From the NCBI RefSeq assembly GCF_009914755.1, contig NC_060927.1: a DNA stretch of 64,000 nt; one strand, 5' to 3'. This DNA is from the human T2T-CHM13v2.0 reference genome, Homo sapiens. Below the pieces are notes generated by a model. It was not told the DNA's origin. It ran no database searches and saw only the letters and a program-made list of their open reading frames with translations. Shown here piece by piece: positions 13,919 through 26,330 of this stretch (positions are counted from its first letter, which is position 1; each line of letters starts with the position of its first letter). Both the position numbers and the translations under genes were made by a program.

Positions 13919-14834
13919 ATAAAAGCAAAACAAGTCAGATGCAACTGTGAATATTCCAGGCACTCCTCCAGAGCCCTTTCCCTTTGCTCTCCACTGGATC
14001 CTGGAGTGTGCCTCCTTTCCACAAGCCCTGAATCCTGAAACATTGCTTTCTATACCTGAAGCTCCTTTGTCTCTCATGTTTTGGCTTTTGGCCCCTGTGC
14101 CTTGGGCTGTCCTCCTGTGACTTATTTGACTTCCTTGGATTTCACATGCCCTGAAGTTTTAAATGAGACCCAAATTATAGAATCCATTTTACTGAGAGAT
14201 ACGAGAATTAAGTGAGATAATCCAAGTAAGGGGTCTAGCATATGAGTATTGAAACTCAGTATTTATCAATAGACAGAACAGTAAAGGGAAAGAACTTCTG
14301 GGTTCTAAATGTATGGCAAAAGAGTGGTAGAGAAGTTGGGGGCTTTTCTACATTTGTTCCTCCTTTCTCGGGGTACAAGACCAGAGGAAGACAGAAAAAT
14401 GATTATTTTCATAATTATTCAGAGAGCGAATCCAACCTCTAGCTCTATTATTCATATTAGCAACAACAGGTTCTAGACAAAGAGTAGAAAAAGCTTTGCT
14501 TTGTTATCTAAGGAGTATAAATTCGGACTTTTAAAGCAGTCAGGGAGCAGCAGCTGTACTGTACTTCTGTTTAAAAGGTTTTGTTCTTTCTCAGACTGTC
14601 TGTCATAAAGACTTTTTCTTCTTTACCCAGCCCAAACTCCTTAGAATGGCACAAAACAACCTCACCACCTATTCCTTGCCACTTTCCTGTCCTACCCTTC
14701 TTTCCATATGGACCCTCTAGTCTCCTAATGCCTGTTGCCACTCTATAATCCTTTATGCTTCTTGCATGTTCTCATTTTCACATGCATTTTCTCTTGCACA
14801 TTCTCATTTTCACGTGAAACACTTTTCTTTGTTA

Positions 14835-15115
14835 AGTAATGGTGTTTATCACCAACGCTGTGAAGCCTTACCTACCACCCCTTCCGACTCCAGACTGAGT
14901 TGGTTGTTCTTCCCTCTATGTTCAAAAAAACCTTTTGTGCAAATCTCTATGAACATTTTATTCACTGTTCTGAAATTATCTGTTAAGCATATTTGTCTCT
15001 CCTTCTAGATTGACAGCATATCCTGGACAGAAGTCTTGTTTTATGCATCAGAAATCTCTGGCATTCAGTAGGGTGTCTGTTGAACTCAGTAGTCTGTTGA
15101 ATAGACTAATGAGTT
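14835..15115 (+). mobile_element. L2 3' fragment
   Basis: gtgaagccttacc...ctagattgacagc...cctggacagaagtcttg...ctcagtagtctgttgaatagactaatga. Confidence 0.65.
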
Positions 15116-16625
15116 CTCCATGAATTGTTTAGAATTTTCTGGCAATGTTTTTGCAATTTTTGTTAACCTCATGTCTAACTATAGATGTGAATTTATGTGA
15201 GTTCTGGGATTCTATGTCTGTAATCATGTTTATAATGCTCTTTCTGGTCAGAGCAGTAGGTTCTTTGTATTGAGTATTCTGATAGAAACAACACAACTTA
15301 AAAGATCTGGATTTATAGAATTCTGATGTGCTAACACCATTAAACTATTTAGAAAACATTTGTTGTGAATCAAATATGTGGTAAATGCTAGAGCTAGAGA
15401 CAAAATAATGTGTTTTTTGCCCCCAGGAAGCTCTCAGGGGAGAGAAAGAGTCAGACAAGGCAAAAATCCAGTGTGATCAAAGCCATCATGCATGCAAGCA
15501 CAGGTGCTATCGTAACAAACGGAGAGGACACATAAGCCAAACTAAATAAATAAATCATGGGAAGATATTGTCCCTTCTGACATGACACATAAAGTTAGCT
15601 GCTTTTCTGTGGTTCTAGAAAGTCATGGGAAAACCTTCCAAGAGAAGTCATCAAATGGGTTCTCTAGCTGGCTTTCTCCCTTTCCCACTAGAAAGGTGAC
15701 AAGAGACCACCCCTTCAAAAATCTTTGGACAGGATCCTGTTGCTCACTCCTCAGTGGTCCTTCATGAAAAATGTGGCCAATTAGTTCTTTAATGTGTACA
15801 GGTCATCTTATAACAATTCAGGAAAACTTGGAAAATAAGCTGTATGCAAATTATCTGTTCTATGTACCCAGAGGTCTAGGTTTTACAATCATGTTAACTT
15901 CCCTTTTTATTTTCCACTATTGCTTATTCAAGGGCTATTATTTTCAGCAATTGTAGTCTCTAGCAAAGCAAAATTTATTCTTTATTTGTTGGTTAGAGAT
16001 GCTTCTCTTAAAGCCAACTGATCCGAATGTCACTGGTAGCATTTTGGGTTCCGCTTGTGAAACCGCCCTCTACTTGGCTTTGCCCTGTCTGGGTAAGTGT
16101 CTGCTCTCTGAACAGGTTTCTCCAGATGACTTGACTTCAAAGATTTTCTTCCACTTAATCCATCTTTGTCTGTGACCCAGGACTATATTTTCTCCTAATC
16201 TAAAATGTTCTTCTGAATCTCTATTTGTCATTCTCTTTTATTTTTTTTCTAATAGATCCAAGCTCCTTCATTCATAGCTTACCCTTCAGGGCTTTTCATT
16301 TCTATGAAAAGCTACAATGTATATTATTTTCAGATTAAAATGATGCTTCTATATCTTTATTAATAAGGAATTTTCCTACCCTCACTTGATGACTCTGAAT
16401 CTTAGGTCCAGGCCCCACAAACTCCTTTTGAATAATCTACTTAAACATGACTATTCTTCTTATTCTTCTTATCTCTTCTGACACCTATATGTGTATAACC
16501 ATTAGTGCAACTGTTACTTTGTTTTATTAGGTTATATCAAGCCCAGGTGAATGGGAGTTAGGGGCATTTGCTCATTAGGTGGATATAAGCATTCTTCTAG
16601 ATCTAACTCTTAAAGTGGCAGACAT

Positions 16626-16920
16626 GACTGGGTGCAGTGGCTCATGCCTGTAATCCCAGCAATTTGGGAGGCCGAGGCTGGTGGATCACGAGGTCAGGAG
16701 ATCAAGACCATCCTGGCTAACACGGTGAAACCCCGTCTCTACTAAAAATACAAAAAAAATTAGCCAGGCATGGTGGCGGGTGGCTGAGTCCCAGCTACTC
16801 GGGGGGCTGAGGCAGGAAAGTGGCGTGAACCCAGGAGGCAGAGCTTGCAGTGAGCCAAGATCGCACCACTGCCCTCCAGCCTGGGCGACAGAGCGAGACT
16901 CCATCTCAAAAAAAAAAAAA
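16626..16920 (+). mobile_element. AluY
   Basis: Y diagnostics gatcacgagg, catcctggctaacacgg, ggcgtgaaccc, gagcttgcag; 14-bp TSD aaagtggcaga(c/t)at (16612-25 and 16921-34). Confidence 0.93.
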
Positions 16921-16923
16921 AAA

Positions 16924-17481
16924 GTGGCAGATATAACCTAAATAACCCCCAATATGCATGCTGTTATATAATCCCTCCCCAAAGTGCAGGAAAAATCTGT
17001 GACTCTCATCTACTTGATGAAATACGACAAAGGTGAAAGGACAGTCACTCCCATAGTTGTGTTACAATATATACAACTCCATCTTAGTAGACTGGAGGGA
17101 TCCTCTTCCTGGCTTGGAAGAAGTAAGCTGAGGTGTTGTGGAAGAGCCTGTGAGAGGCTCATGTGGTGGGAAACTGTGGGCAGACTTAGAAGTTGAGAGT
17201 GGCTTCCAGCTGACCACCAGCTAGGAAAGGCGAACTTCAGTACTACACCCACAAGGAACTGAATCCTGCCAACAACCACATGAGCTAGGAAGAGGACCCC
17301 AAACTTCTGAAAGGAGCAAAGCCTGGCTGACACATTGCCTATAGCCTTGTGAGACCCCAAACAGAAGACCCAATTAAGCCATGTGTGATTCCTGGCCCAT
17401 GGAAACTGAGAGATAATATATCTATGTTGTTTTAAGTCTTTAAGTTGGTGGTAATTTGCTATGCAAGATAGAAACTAGTAC
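16924..17481 (+). mobile_element. MaLR solo LTR (MLT1E-like)
   Basis: cacaaggaactgaatcctgccaacaaccacatgagct...gccttgtgagaccc...tgttgttttaag...gtggtaatttgctatgca...aactagtaca. Confidence 0.85.
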
Positions 17482-18264
17482 ATTTAATTGGTTTTGCACA
17501 ACTCAGCCTCACACTCATTTGAGCCTATCTGACAACCTAATACATAATTCCCAAAATGTTCTGTCAAAATCATACTGATAACTTTGAAACAGCATACTTC
17601 CTATGTGCCTCATTAGATATTACAGGGAATAGAAGATGAAGTGAACGTACTGATATATATTTAGCTTACAGTCATAAAGTGAAGAAGTATCCAAAAACAG
17701 CAACAAAAGAAAATTGATTCTATGGTACATGTTAAAGTCATCTAGAATGCCAGAAAAGGAAAGGATTCGAGGATTTTACAGAGCAGAACACCAACTCCAA
17801 TTTCCAAGTAGACGGATAACACCACTTTGAAAAGTCTCCATCCTCAATACCAACAATAAGGAGAAAAAGATATATAATATGTGGTCTTTAAAAATTTATA
17901 AGATTATAAGATCAGTATAATACCTAACCATACTGAGCTATTATAAATACACAGAAATGAGATAATATGTGAAAATCCCTAGCATAGTAACTGACATAGT
18001 ATGTAGAATCAAAATAAGCTGAATGAAATGAAGCCCTAATTTATATTTATAATGTTACAACCCTCTGCAAGTACCAGAAGGCTACCCAAACAGCCTCTCC
18101 AATATCTAGGCCTTGGAGACTAATGAATCCCAAAGAGAATTACATAATGTAATGGTATCTTGATAGCTGTCTCATGTCTTTCATCCCAAAAAGCTGATCA
18201 TAGATACTCTCCAAGCCCTCTATGGCTCCATACAACTTGCAGTAATACACAAAATTGAATACCC

Positions 18265-18356
18265 TCATAGTGAATGGCAGCTCCTCAGCAAGCTCACATT
18301 TTCTCCTTTCTGTTGAAGGAAATGTGGCCCTGCTGAGGAGCAGCAATTCAACATGA
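18265..18356. other. Ungapped imperfect palindrome / stem-loop (42-bp arms, 8-nt loop)
   Basis: 33 of 42 positions Watson-Crick, including gctcctcagca/tgctgaggagc (11 bp) and cacattt/aaatgtg (7 bp). Confidence 0.9.
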
Positions 18357-18719
18357 AGAGGTTTCTCATGATTCCAGCCAGCATTTGGAAGTACAGGGGG
18401 CAAGCATGATTGATCCAGAGCAATTCTAGATTATTAAGGGGAATGGGCCCTCAAGAGCCACTATCTTTTTTCTCCACTCATTTGAAAAGCCGAGTAGACT
18501 TGTGTTCCAGAGTACTTCCAAAAGAGAAGCCCTTCCTGCAAGAGATATTAATTTGTGATCAATAAAGCTAAAAGGGCCTCTTATAGAATGTCTAAGTGGG
18601 TCTCAATAGGTAAATCTATGCGCCACTTTCATTTCCTGTCAGTAAATAGTGTAGTAAAGCCAAAACGTTCAGTACACGTGCTACACGCTATGCAAAGAAA
18701 ATGTTCCATTTCTCATCCT

Positions 18720-19000
18720 TTTTTCTTTACTTGGCAAATGGCCTCTTTAAAGTCTCAATTTAAATGCCTCCAATGTCTAAGAAATCTTTTCTGACTCCTC
18801 AAGGCAATAATTACCTTATTTACATTCATACAATACCCTGCTTATATCTCATCTTGTATTTCACTTATCACTAAATGTTTATCCTAATATTATAAAGTCC
18901 TTTGTGATAGAGACAACATGAGTGATATAGATTTTATATTTATGTCCTAACCTAGGACGTGAATCATTATAGAAATTCAACATATGTTTGGCCAACAAAC
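18720..19000 (+). mobile_element. L2 3' fragment
   Basis: ctttaaagtctcaatttaaatgcc...ttctgactcc...taaagtcctttgtgatagagac...aattcaacatatgtttg. Confidence 0.6.
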
Positions 19001-19454
19001 AAAATAATCTATACAAAATATATGCAAATAGAGGAAGAATTCCCCAAATGTCAGAGATTCAGTCGGCATCACAGAAGTAGTAAACCTCAAAGATAATTAG
19101 TTTGCTTTCAAAACTTAGCATTGACCAGCAATCCTCTACCCCAACCACCAGTTGTCATAGAAAAAACCTAGCACATTTCATAATAAAATAGTTCTTTTGA
19201 GGCATGTTTATTATATAATGGAATCTCTACAAATATGATGGTTTAGAATTGTGTTCTCATAAAATAAAATAGGACAAGAAATAAAGAACTGCAGTATTTC
19301 AACAACCCAAGTTAATGGCCCAGACTCCTTTTATTACTACACATACAGAGAATCATCACTCTGTGAGTGCTGTGGAAAGAGAACCTCAGGAGATCTGATG
19401 CCAAAACAGGTCAGGTGGCCAATGTTTCAGCTTCAATGTAGAGAGGGTCTAATA

Positions 19455-19690
19455 ATACAAGTTATTTAGCACTCAGTGTGTCCAAAAGCTCTTTACAACA
19501 CTAAATAATCCATCATCTCCAAACTCCCTGCGAGATCGGTAAGAATTATCATTCAGTCTTTACAGATGGAATATTTGAAATGTAAAATAGCATATACAAG
19601 GCCAGACAGGAACTCAGCACCATGATTAAATAAAAACTCTGAGTTCCCAACATCCAAGCCTTGGCAAAGGAATTTGTCACATTGCCTTTT
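19455..19690 (-). mobile_element. MIR fragment
   Basis: tatttagcactc...ccctgcgagatcggtaagaattatc...tttacagatgga. Confidence 0.6.
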
Positions 19691-22600
19691 TATATATAGA
19701 GCACGGAAACCCAGGGGGGATGCATAAGAAAGAACTCTGAATTTTAAAGCAATATGGAAATATTTAATTCAGGCTGAAGTTAATAGGTAATCAGCTCAAT
19801 TCCTCCCCCTCTTGCCTGTGAGTAGCTAGCTGTCAGACTGGCAATTTAGGTGACTTGGAAAAACCTACACAAGCTGAATACTGACAGAGGTGGGAACGAG
19901 AAAAATTAAGGGACAACGAAGACTTACATGCTGTCATCTATGCCTTCAGGGAACTTAAAAAAGAAGTATTAGCCCTAGCAATGCATTCACCTATTTGGGT
20001 TATTCTCTACACAGAATAGAGTTTCATGACCCATGGCAGAATTTTATAACCGATTTAAGGAAGTTGTTCATCCCAAGAGGTCTTCTTTGCTTTGGGCTCC
20101 TTGATTCACATTTCTTGTAGCATGTGCTTACATCATCCTGGCTCGATTTAATAACCAATCAATGAAAAACTAGGCATGTCCCACAGATCAGCACTAGCAA
20201 GGATTTGCATCTTGCCTGCTTCACAGAAGTCAAAGTTCAGTTTATAAATTCATCATATAGGAATCTGAGTCCTGACAGCCAAGACAGAGTATAACCCCAG
20301 GAAGTAATTTATCTCCCCATCCCCACAGAGATGCTGTAGCTTCAATAACTGATAACAGAGCTGTGGGATAAGCAAGGCATTGGTCATAAATGGAATGTTC
20401 TAGTCTGGTGTTCCTCATTTAGGTGCTTTTTGACCTTTGGTGGCTTCTGACATCATGAAATGAGATACAGTCGCTACCTGCTAAGGGACAGAGTGAAGAG
20501 GGATGAGAGGAAGTCTCAGTGATTCTCTGCTCAGGTGATTTGCAATACCAGAAGCCAGAAACTGAACTTTCCCAGGAATCTCTCTCTCACCTGCCTGTTT
20601 GCTTGATACACCATTACAGCTGCTCCATTACAGTTGCTCAAGAAGAAATGGCTGAAATGGAGCTGTTGCCTCTAGCTGACCAGAATTGGAATGCTCATGT
20701 GACCATCTGACCTTTTCTGACAGATAAGACACAGTAATAAAAATAAGAATATGCTTCTCATGTCTGAGTGCGATATAATTTGCATAGCATTTTCAGACAC
20801 ATTTCTGAAGGAGATCCTCCCTGTAGCCCTGGGTGGGAATTGGAATTCGGATGAGGTTTTTCTTTTCCATTTATTTATTTTATTTTATTTTTAGATGACA
20901 GAACTTAAGCCCATTGTGCTTCTGCAATTTTCCCAGATTAACACAGGTATTAAGTGGTTGAGTCATTTCCAAGCATTTTTGCACAATTAGCTATTTGTCC
21001 TGTCCCTGTCTCCCTGTCCCCAAACCAAAGCAACTTATGTTTATTCAAATGAGGTAGAGATCTAGATGACCTTCCAGGACCCTTCCAATGACACGTATCA
21101 GTCACCATATTAATAGCAATATATCTCTCAGAACTAGCCCAAGGATTTAGTAGATTTCCAGATTACTTTGGAAGGAGCAATAATTATAGTCTTTTAGTTG
21201 GAACCAGAGAATCACACTCCAAGAAGATTATAAATGGTCATAACTTATATATTTATTTCACTCTGTTGTGCCAAGAGCTAGCAGCTTACAATCCAATAGG
21301 GAAGATAGATATTAAATGAAGAAGTACACAATGCCTTAATTCCTACAGTGCTATTTAAAGGATGACAATACTCCCCTGGATACCAGCTAATATATGTCAA
21401 ACTTCTTATCAATAAACAAATCACAGATTGTTAAGAGAAAATCATGGCAGAAAATAAAGCCAGTTTTGTAGATCATGATTTTCTCTATTGTGGAGTTGAT
21501 AGAAAAAAAAAAGAGAGTCTGTAAACTACAGAAAAAAAAATATAGCTGAAAAAGTAACCCTGTGGTCTTCTTGCTAGTCACCACTTAAGGAAGTAGAGAT
21601 TTTTCCAGACCTTTCTGTCACTCTGGGCAGGTGACTGACTTATAACTCAGGTGTGCATTTGCCTGCTTAAATCTGCCACAGTTCCAAACAGCTTGCCATG
21701 CTCTATATATAGAGATGACTTCACCCTCTGTTGGAATGCAGCAGCTGTTCAGCAGTGCACACTGATATGCTTCAGAGACTTAGGCCATATCTAATTGAGC
21801 ACTTCAATACTGCAGAGATAGGCACCTTGGAAATATTTAGATAAAATACCTTTGGCCAGATGGAAGCCGGCCAGGATACCAGCATAAAATCTTCATCTCA
21901 CAGGACTGCTAGTGAGCCTTGGCGGGGGGCTCCATGGAGGGAGGTGGCATCAGGAGAGATGCCAGTCTGTCCTATCCACCCCCTGCACTGTAAACATGAC
22001 ACAAAGAATAGTAGGAAATAGGAGAAATCAGAATTTTGCTGCTTCCTCCTTCTCCCCTTGGCAGACCAAACACAGCCTACCCTCTGTGAAAACAATCTGA
22101 ATGTTAATGGTGCCTCCATGTCAGGAAGCTTCCCAGTTGTAATATTCCCCCACAGGACAGTCCCTTCCCCTAGAGGCCAGATTGCCAGCCCTGGAAATTG
22201 GTTGGCAGGTATAGAATCAATGGTACTTTTTAAACATTTATTTGCCTAGGATTCATTGCTAATCTTGCTAGGAGAAGCAACCAGCTATCACAGTTGGCTG
22301 GGAACTGGCCAGAAAGCACTTCTGGCTTTGCTACCCATGGTCCACATGACTCCAGCAAGCCTGTGTTGTGCTGGATCTCACTTTTCCCATCTGTAAACTT
22401 TAGAGATTGGCAGATTTAACTTCAATTTCTCTTCCAGCTCTAAAAGAACCTGTGTGTGTCTTTCACGACACAACTCCTTCTCCCATTCTTTTTTCTTAGA
22501 AGAAAAAGAAAAAAAAAGAAAAAACATTAGCAGATGATAATGAAAACATCTTGCATTTGCATGTAATCTATTGTTTAGATAAATATATCCACCTTTAAGC

Positions 22601-22849
22601 CAAAGTAAGTGCTATTATTTTCATTTAGAAGAATCAACAGAAACACAGAGAAAATGAGTGGTTTGCCCAAATCAAGCAATTAGAAAGTACATTTGAACTG
22701 GGTCTCTGTCTTATCAATGATGAAGGGATCATTTACACAGTAATGCAATTGCCTATCTGGATGTGTCATTTATATGGACTCAGAAAAAATATCGAGGTTA
22801 GGAATAATAAGTATCTAGCTTTGGGTCTTATCTATGCTTGGATTTAGGG

Positions 22850-23460
22850 GTTTGGAAATAAAACACACAGTCTGGCCCTCCAGGTTCACAGTGCAGTAGG
22901 GGCACTGGCCTAGTTAACCAATGCTTGCCTGCCATACAATGTGGTAAAACACTGAATAGGACATCAAATTTATACTTGGAGCTTTAGAGGGCTGAAGTCA
23001 GGGGAGGCTTTGCAGAAATGTGTATGTGCTACCCAGGCAGAAAAGGATAGTGGAGCAGGGGGCAGACAGTGAAGAAAGTGCTAGGGAGGTTCTACAAACA
23101 AATAGTGTGTGAGTGACTGGAGTTTAGAATGCTTGTCATAAATACTGGGCCTTTCACATAGCAAGATACACAACAATCGAATATTTGAACATCCAGGTGG
23201 AAAAGTTTATTGGCAGCTGGATATGAGAGTCTGATGCTCAGGGTTGAGGATGAGGTGTAAATACAAAAGCCATTGAGCCTCAATTTTTTATTGCATTTTT
23301 CTCTCTCCATTTCGAATATTTTAGTTTCTCTGAAGTGACTGAAAACACAGCAGTGCAAATGACAACCATTTCTAGACAGAGTCACTAGGGTGTCTGCAGT
23401 TTGAAGAAAGAAAGCTTTGTGAAATGTTGTATCTTTGAGCTAGGAGTTTGTCTATCTGCA
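22850..23460 (-). mobile_element. L2 fragments
   Basis: acacagtctggccctccaggttcacagtgcagtagggg...tttgaacatccaggtgga...tggatatgagagtctgatgctcagg. Confidence 0.5.
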
Positions 23461-24204
23461 ATTATTGCTTTAAGGACATAAGTATAAGTTAGACAATTAT
23501 GATCTAGAGGAAGGAGGATAGGGAAGAGAGTAAGAAACAAGGGAAACAAAGTTAAGGTGGAGCAAAGCCCACCTAGTGAGTGCTCAATAAGTTTTACAGA
23601 AATGCAGAAGTGAATGTAATCGTTTGTTCCTAATAAGTAGTGCCCAACAAGTTTCACAGAAGCTCAGAAGAGACTCAGGGGTCAGGTGTTGCTGTTCCAT
23701 TGTTTTTAAATGAAGTGTTTGCTCAAGGTACTTCTAGAAATTTATTTTTAAGGCTTAACACTATCAGAAAACATTTCAAAAAGTGGTAAAAATTACAATT
23801 ACTTTTTTAAATATAAGAAAAAACCTTTCAAAGTAGAGAAAATATTACGGTTGACCATTCCACTGCTCTAAACCAAAAATGAAGTTATAAAGCTTCTCAG
23901 TAACCTGTGTTTCACATCCCACACATCACCCAGTAAACTATTTTCTGAAGAAACAGGAGAATATTACAGAATAAAAAACCTTAGAAATGTGAAATAACTA
24001 TGTGTGAATGTTGAGGGACACTCAGAAGAGCAAAACCCAGTGGATGTTAAAGAAAACATAATGGGTTTAATTATATTTAAAAGGCCTATTCTATTGCTAT
24101 ATACACTAGAGGAGCGTGAATATTTATTCTCTCCACTAGATATTACCATAATTTTAGGTAAGACAAAAATAACTCAGATATGGATTTTTCTATTATTGGA
24201 AATA

Positions 24205-24385
24205 TATTGTGTTGGCATATCCTCACGTATTATCTTTAAATCCTCACCAAACACTGTGTAGTGGATATTATCAGTTCCATTTTAAAGTCCAGGAAAAACT
24301 CAGAAAGGTGAATTGTTTTATCAAAGTCCTAGCATATGTTAGAGTCCAGATTTGATTCCAGGCCACTGACTCAATATCCACCTGG
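24205..24385 (-). mobile_element. MIR fragment
   Basis: tattatctttaaatcctcacc...ccattttaaag...gtccagatttgattccagg. Confidence 0.7.
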
Positions 24386-24407
24386 TTACTGCCTACTTGT
24401 GTACAAC

Positions 24408-24610
24408 CTGCAAGCCTATGAATTATGAATTCTTTTTCTATACAGTTAAAGAATTCAAAAGAGGAATAAATTTTGCAACATATTGAAATTATATAAAATT
24501 CAAATTTCGGTGTTCATAAATAAAGTTTTTTAGAACACAGCTACTCTCATTTTTTATATATTGTCAATACCTGCTTTTGCACAAGGGCAGAGTTGAGTAG
24601 TTGTGACAGA
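24408..24610. mobile_element. MER58B-like hAT MITE fragment
   Basis: aaattcaaatttcggtgttcataaataaagtt...gaacacagc...ggcagagttgagtagttgtgacaga. Confidence 0.8.
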
Positions 24611-24823
24611 TAACAAACAATACACAAAAGAAACAATGTAAATAACCATTTCAAGGCTCAACCAAATGTAAGGCTCAATAAATGCAACATTGTTAGTCTT
24701 TTATTTTTCAAGAAAATACTTGGACTATCATGATAATGACAAAAAAGAGATTCCACACCCAAAACTTAGTCATATGTTGTTATAGGAGGTAAGTACCTCC
24801 CAAAAGACCCATAGACAAAAATA

Positions 24824-24827
<4 letters not shown>

Positions 24828-24859
<32 letters not shown>

Positions 24860-25136
24860 AGACGGAGTCTCGCTCTGTCACCCAAGCTGGAGTGCAGTGG
24901 GTGATCTCTGCTCACTGCAACCTCCACTCCCAGGTTCAAGCGATTCTCCTGCCTCAGCCTCCTGAGTAGCTGCGATTACAGGCACCCACCACCACGCCCG
25001 GCTAATTTTTGTACTTTTAGTAGAGATGGGGTTTCATTATGTTGGTCAGGCTGGTCTCGAACCCCTGATCTCGTGATCTGCCTGCCTTGGCTTCCCAAAG
25101 TGCTGGGATTACAGGTGTGAGCCACCACGCCCTGCC
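24828..25136 (-). mobile_element. AluSg-like with a 31-nt pure poly(A) tail
   Basis: ctcgtgatc 2-bp-deletion diagnostic; TSD aaaaata(t/c)agc (24817-27 and 25137-47). Confidence 0.93.
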
Positions 25137-25399
25137 AAAAATACAGCATTTCTTATATTAAGAGAGTAGACTAGACTGATTCACTATAGCTATATTTTAT
25201 GACATTATACCAATCAAACATTCAGAGTCTTAATTTCTCCAAGAAAAAAACTGTGATGCCTGGTCCAAACTTGAATAAGCACACGGAAACATAAAGACTC
25301 AGATTAGTTGCAAACATTAAAATCTTAGAACTCTTTTTATTTACTGCTATATATATATATAATATATTAGTTTTACAAACATTTATAATTTTATGCTCA

Positions 25400-26330
25400 A
25401 GTATTGCTTTAGGCAAGGTGCCAGTTTATGGAATGCCTGCTGTCCCATGCTAAGGAGTTTGGTTTTATCTGATGGTGATGGGGAGCTACTGAAGACTTTC
25501 AAATATAAGATCAATATGTGGGTTATCATAAATAAAGTGTCAGGTGATGAACAGTAGTCCAAGAAGACTACCAGTGTATAGACAGAAGGAGAATAAAATG
25601 ACACCAAAGAAAGGGGATTAGGAAGTTCAAGATAAATGATTTAATTGCCGTGGCAAGTGCAACGAAAAGTCCTATAAATCAAGGATTTAAAAATATCCAT
25701 GGATTGGTCATTTAGAAGGTTATCGGTGACTCAGCAAGGCAAGGTTCAGAGGAGTGGTAAGGCCAAACATTAGACTGAAATAAACTGAAGAGTGAATTAG
25801 AAGAAATTATAGACTGTTCTTGTCAGAGATTTGGAGGAACAGAGCAGAGAGATCGAACAGTTGCTTAATCAAGACGCAAACACAGTATTTGTTTGTTTGT
25901 TTGTTTCTTTTCCCTTTTTGGGGTAAGAAATGTTCAAACATGTTTATTGGCTGAGGAGAATGAACGGGTGGGGAGGTGAGGGTGGATTGGCTGAGGAGAA
26001 TGAACAGGGGTGGGGAGGTGAGAATGGGGGAAAATGAAAGATATTAGTTGAAGAAGCAGAATATCTAATGGAGCAAATCTTGGCAGGAGTGAGAGGAGAT
26101 GTGGCCTCAGACATGGTCAGGGTTTGGATTTAAACAAAAAGTGAGGCATCCTTTCTTCTGGTACTGAGAGGAAGGCAATGAATTTGATGGCAGATATAAA
26201 CTAGCTTGTGGAGTTACATGTAAGAAAGATTTGGAGGATATTATAGCTATGACCTTGGTTTTCTAGATGAAAGAGGCAAGGTAATTAGCTAAGCATGAAA
26301 AGGTAGGGGTTGAATATGGATTTTAATAGA
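25400..26330 (-). mobile_element. L2 internal fragments
   Basis: catgctaaggagtttggttttatctg...ggggagctactgaag...ggaagttcaagataaatga...agaggagtggtaaggcc. Confidence 0.55.
25946..26022. repeat. Local tandem duplication, period about 40 bp
   Basis: attggctgaggagaatgaac(ag)gggtggggaggtgag twice, spacer ggtgg. Confidence 0.95.

Noticed and set aside
16061-16079. CTCF-like motif (reverse strand ccaagtagagggcgg); similar half-match at about 29050
   Set aside because: Both lack the near-invariant C in the 5' half of the CTCF core.
18339-18350. agcagcaattca resembles part of miR-424-5p
   Set aside because: Only 12 nt match, it is on the wrong part of the hairpin, and the flanks do not match that precursor as I recall it.
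18140-18403. 87-aa ORF spanning the palindrome
   Set aside because: Non-ATG start and no homology recognised; the palindrome is the real signal.
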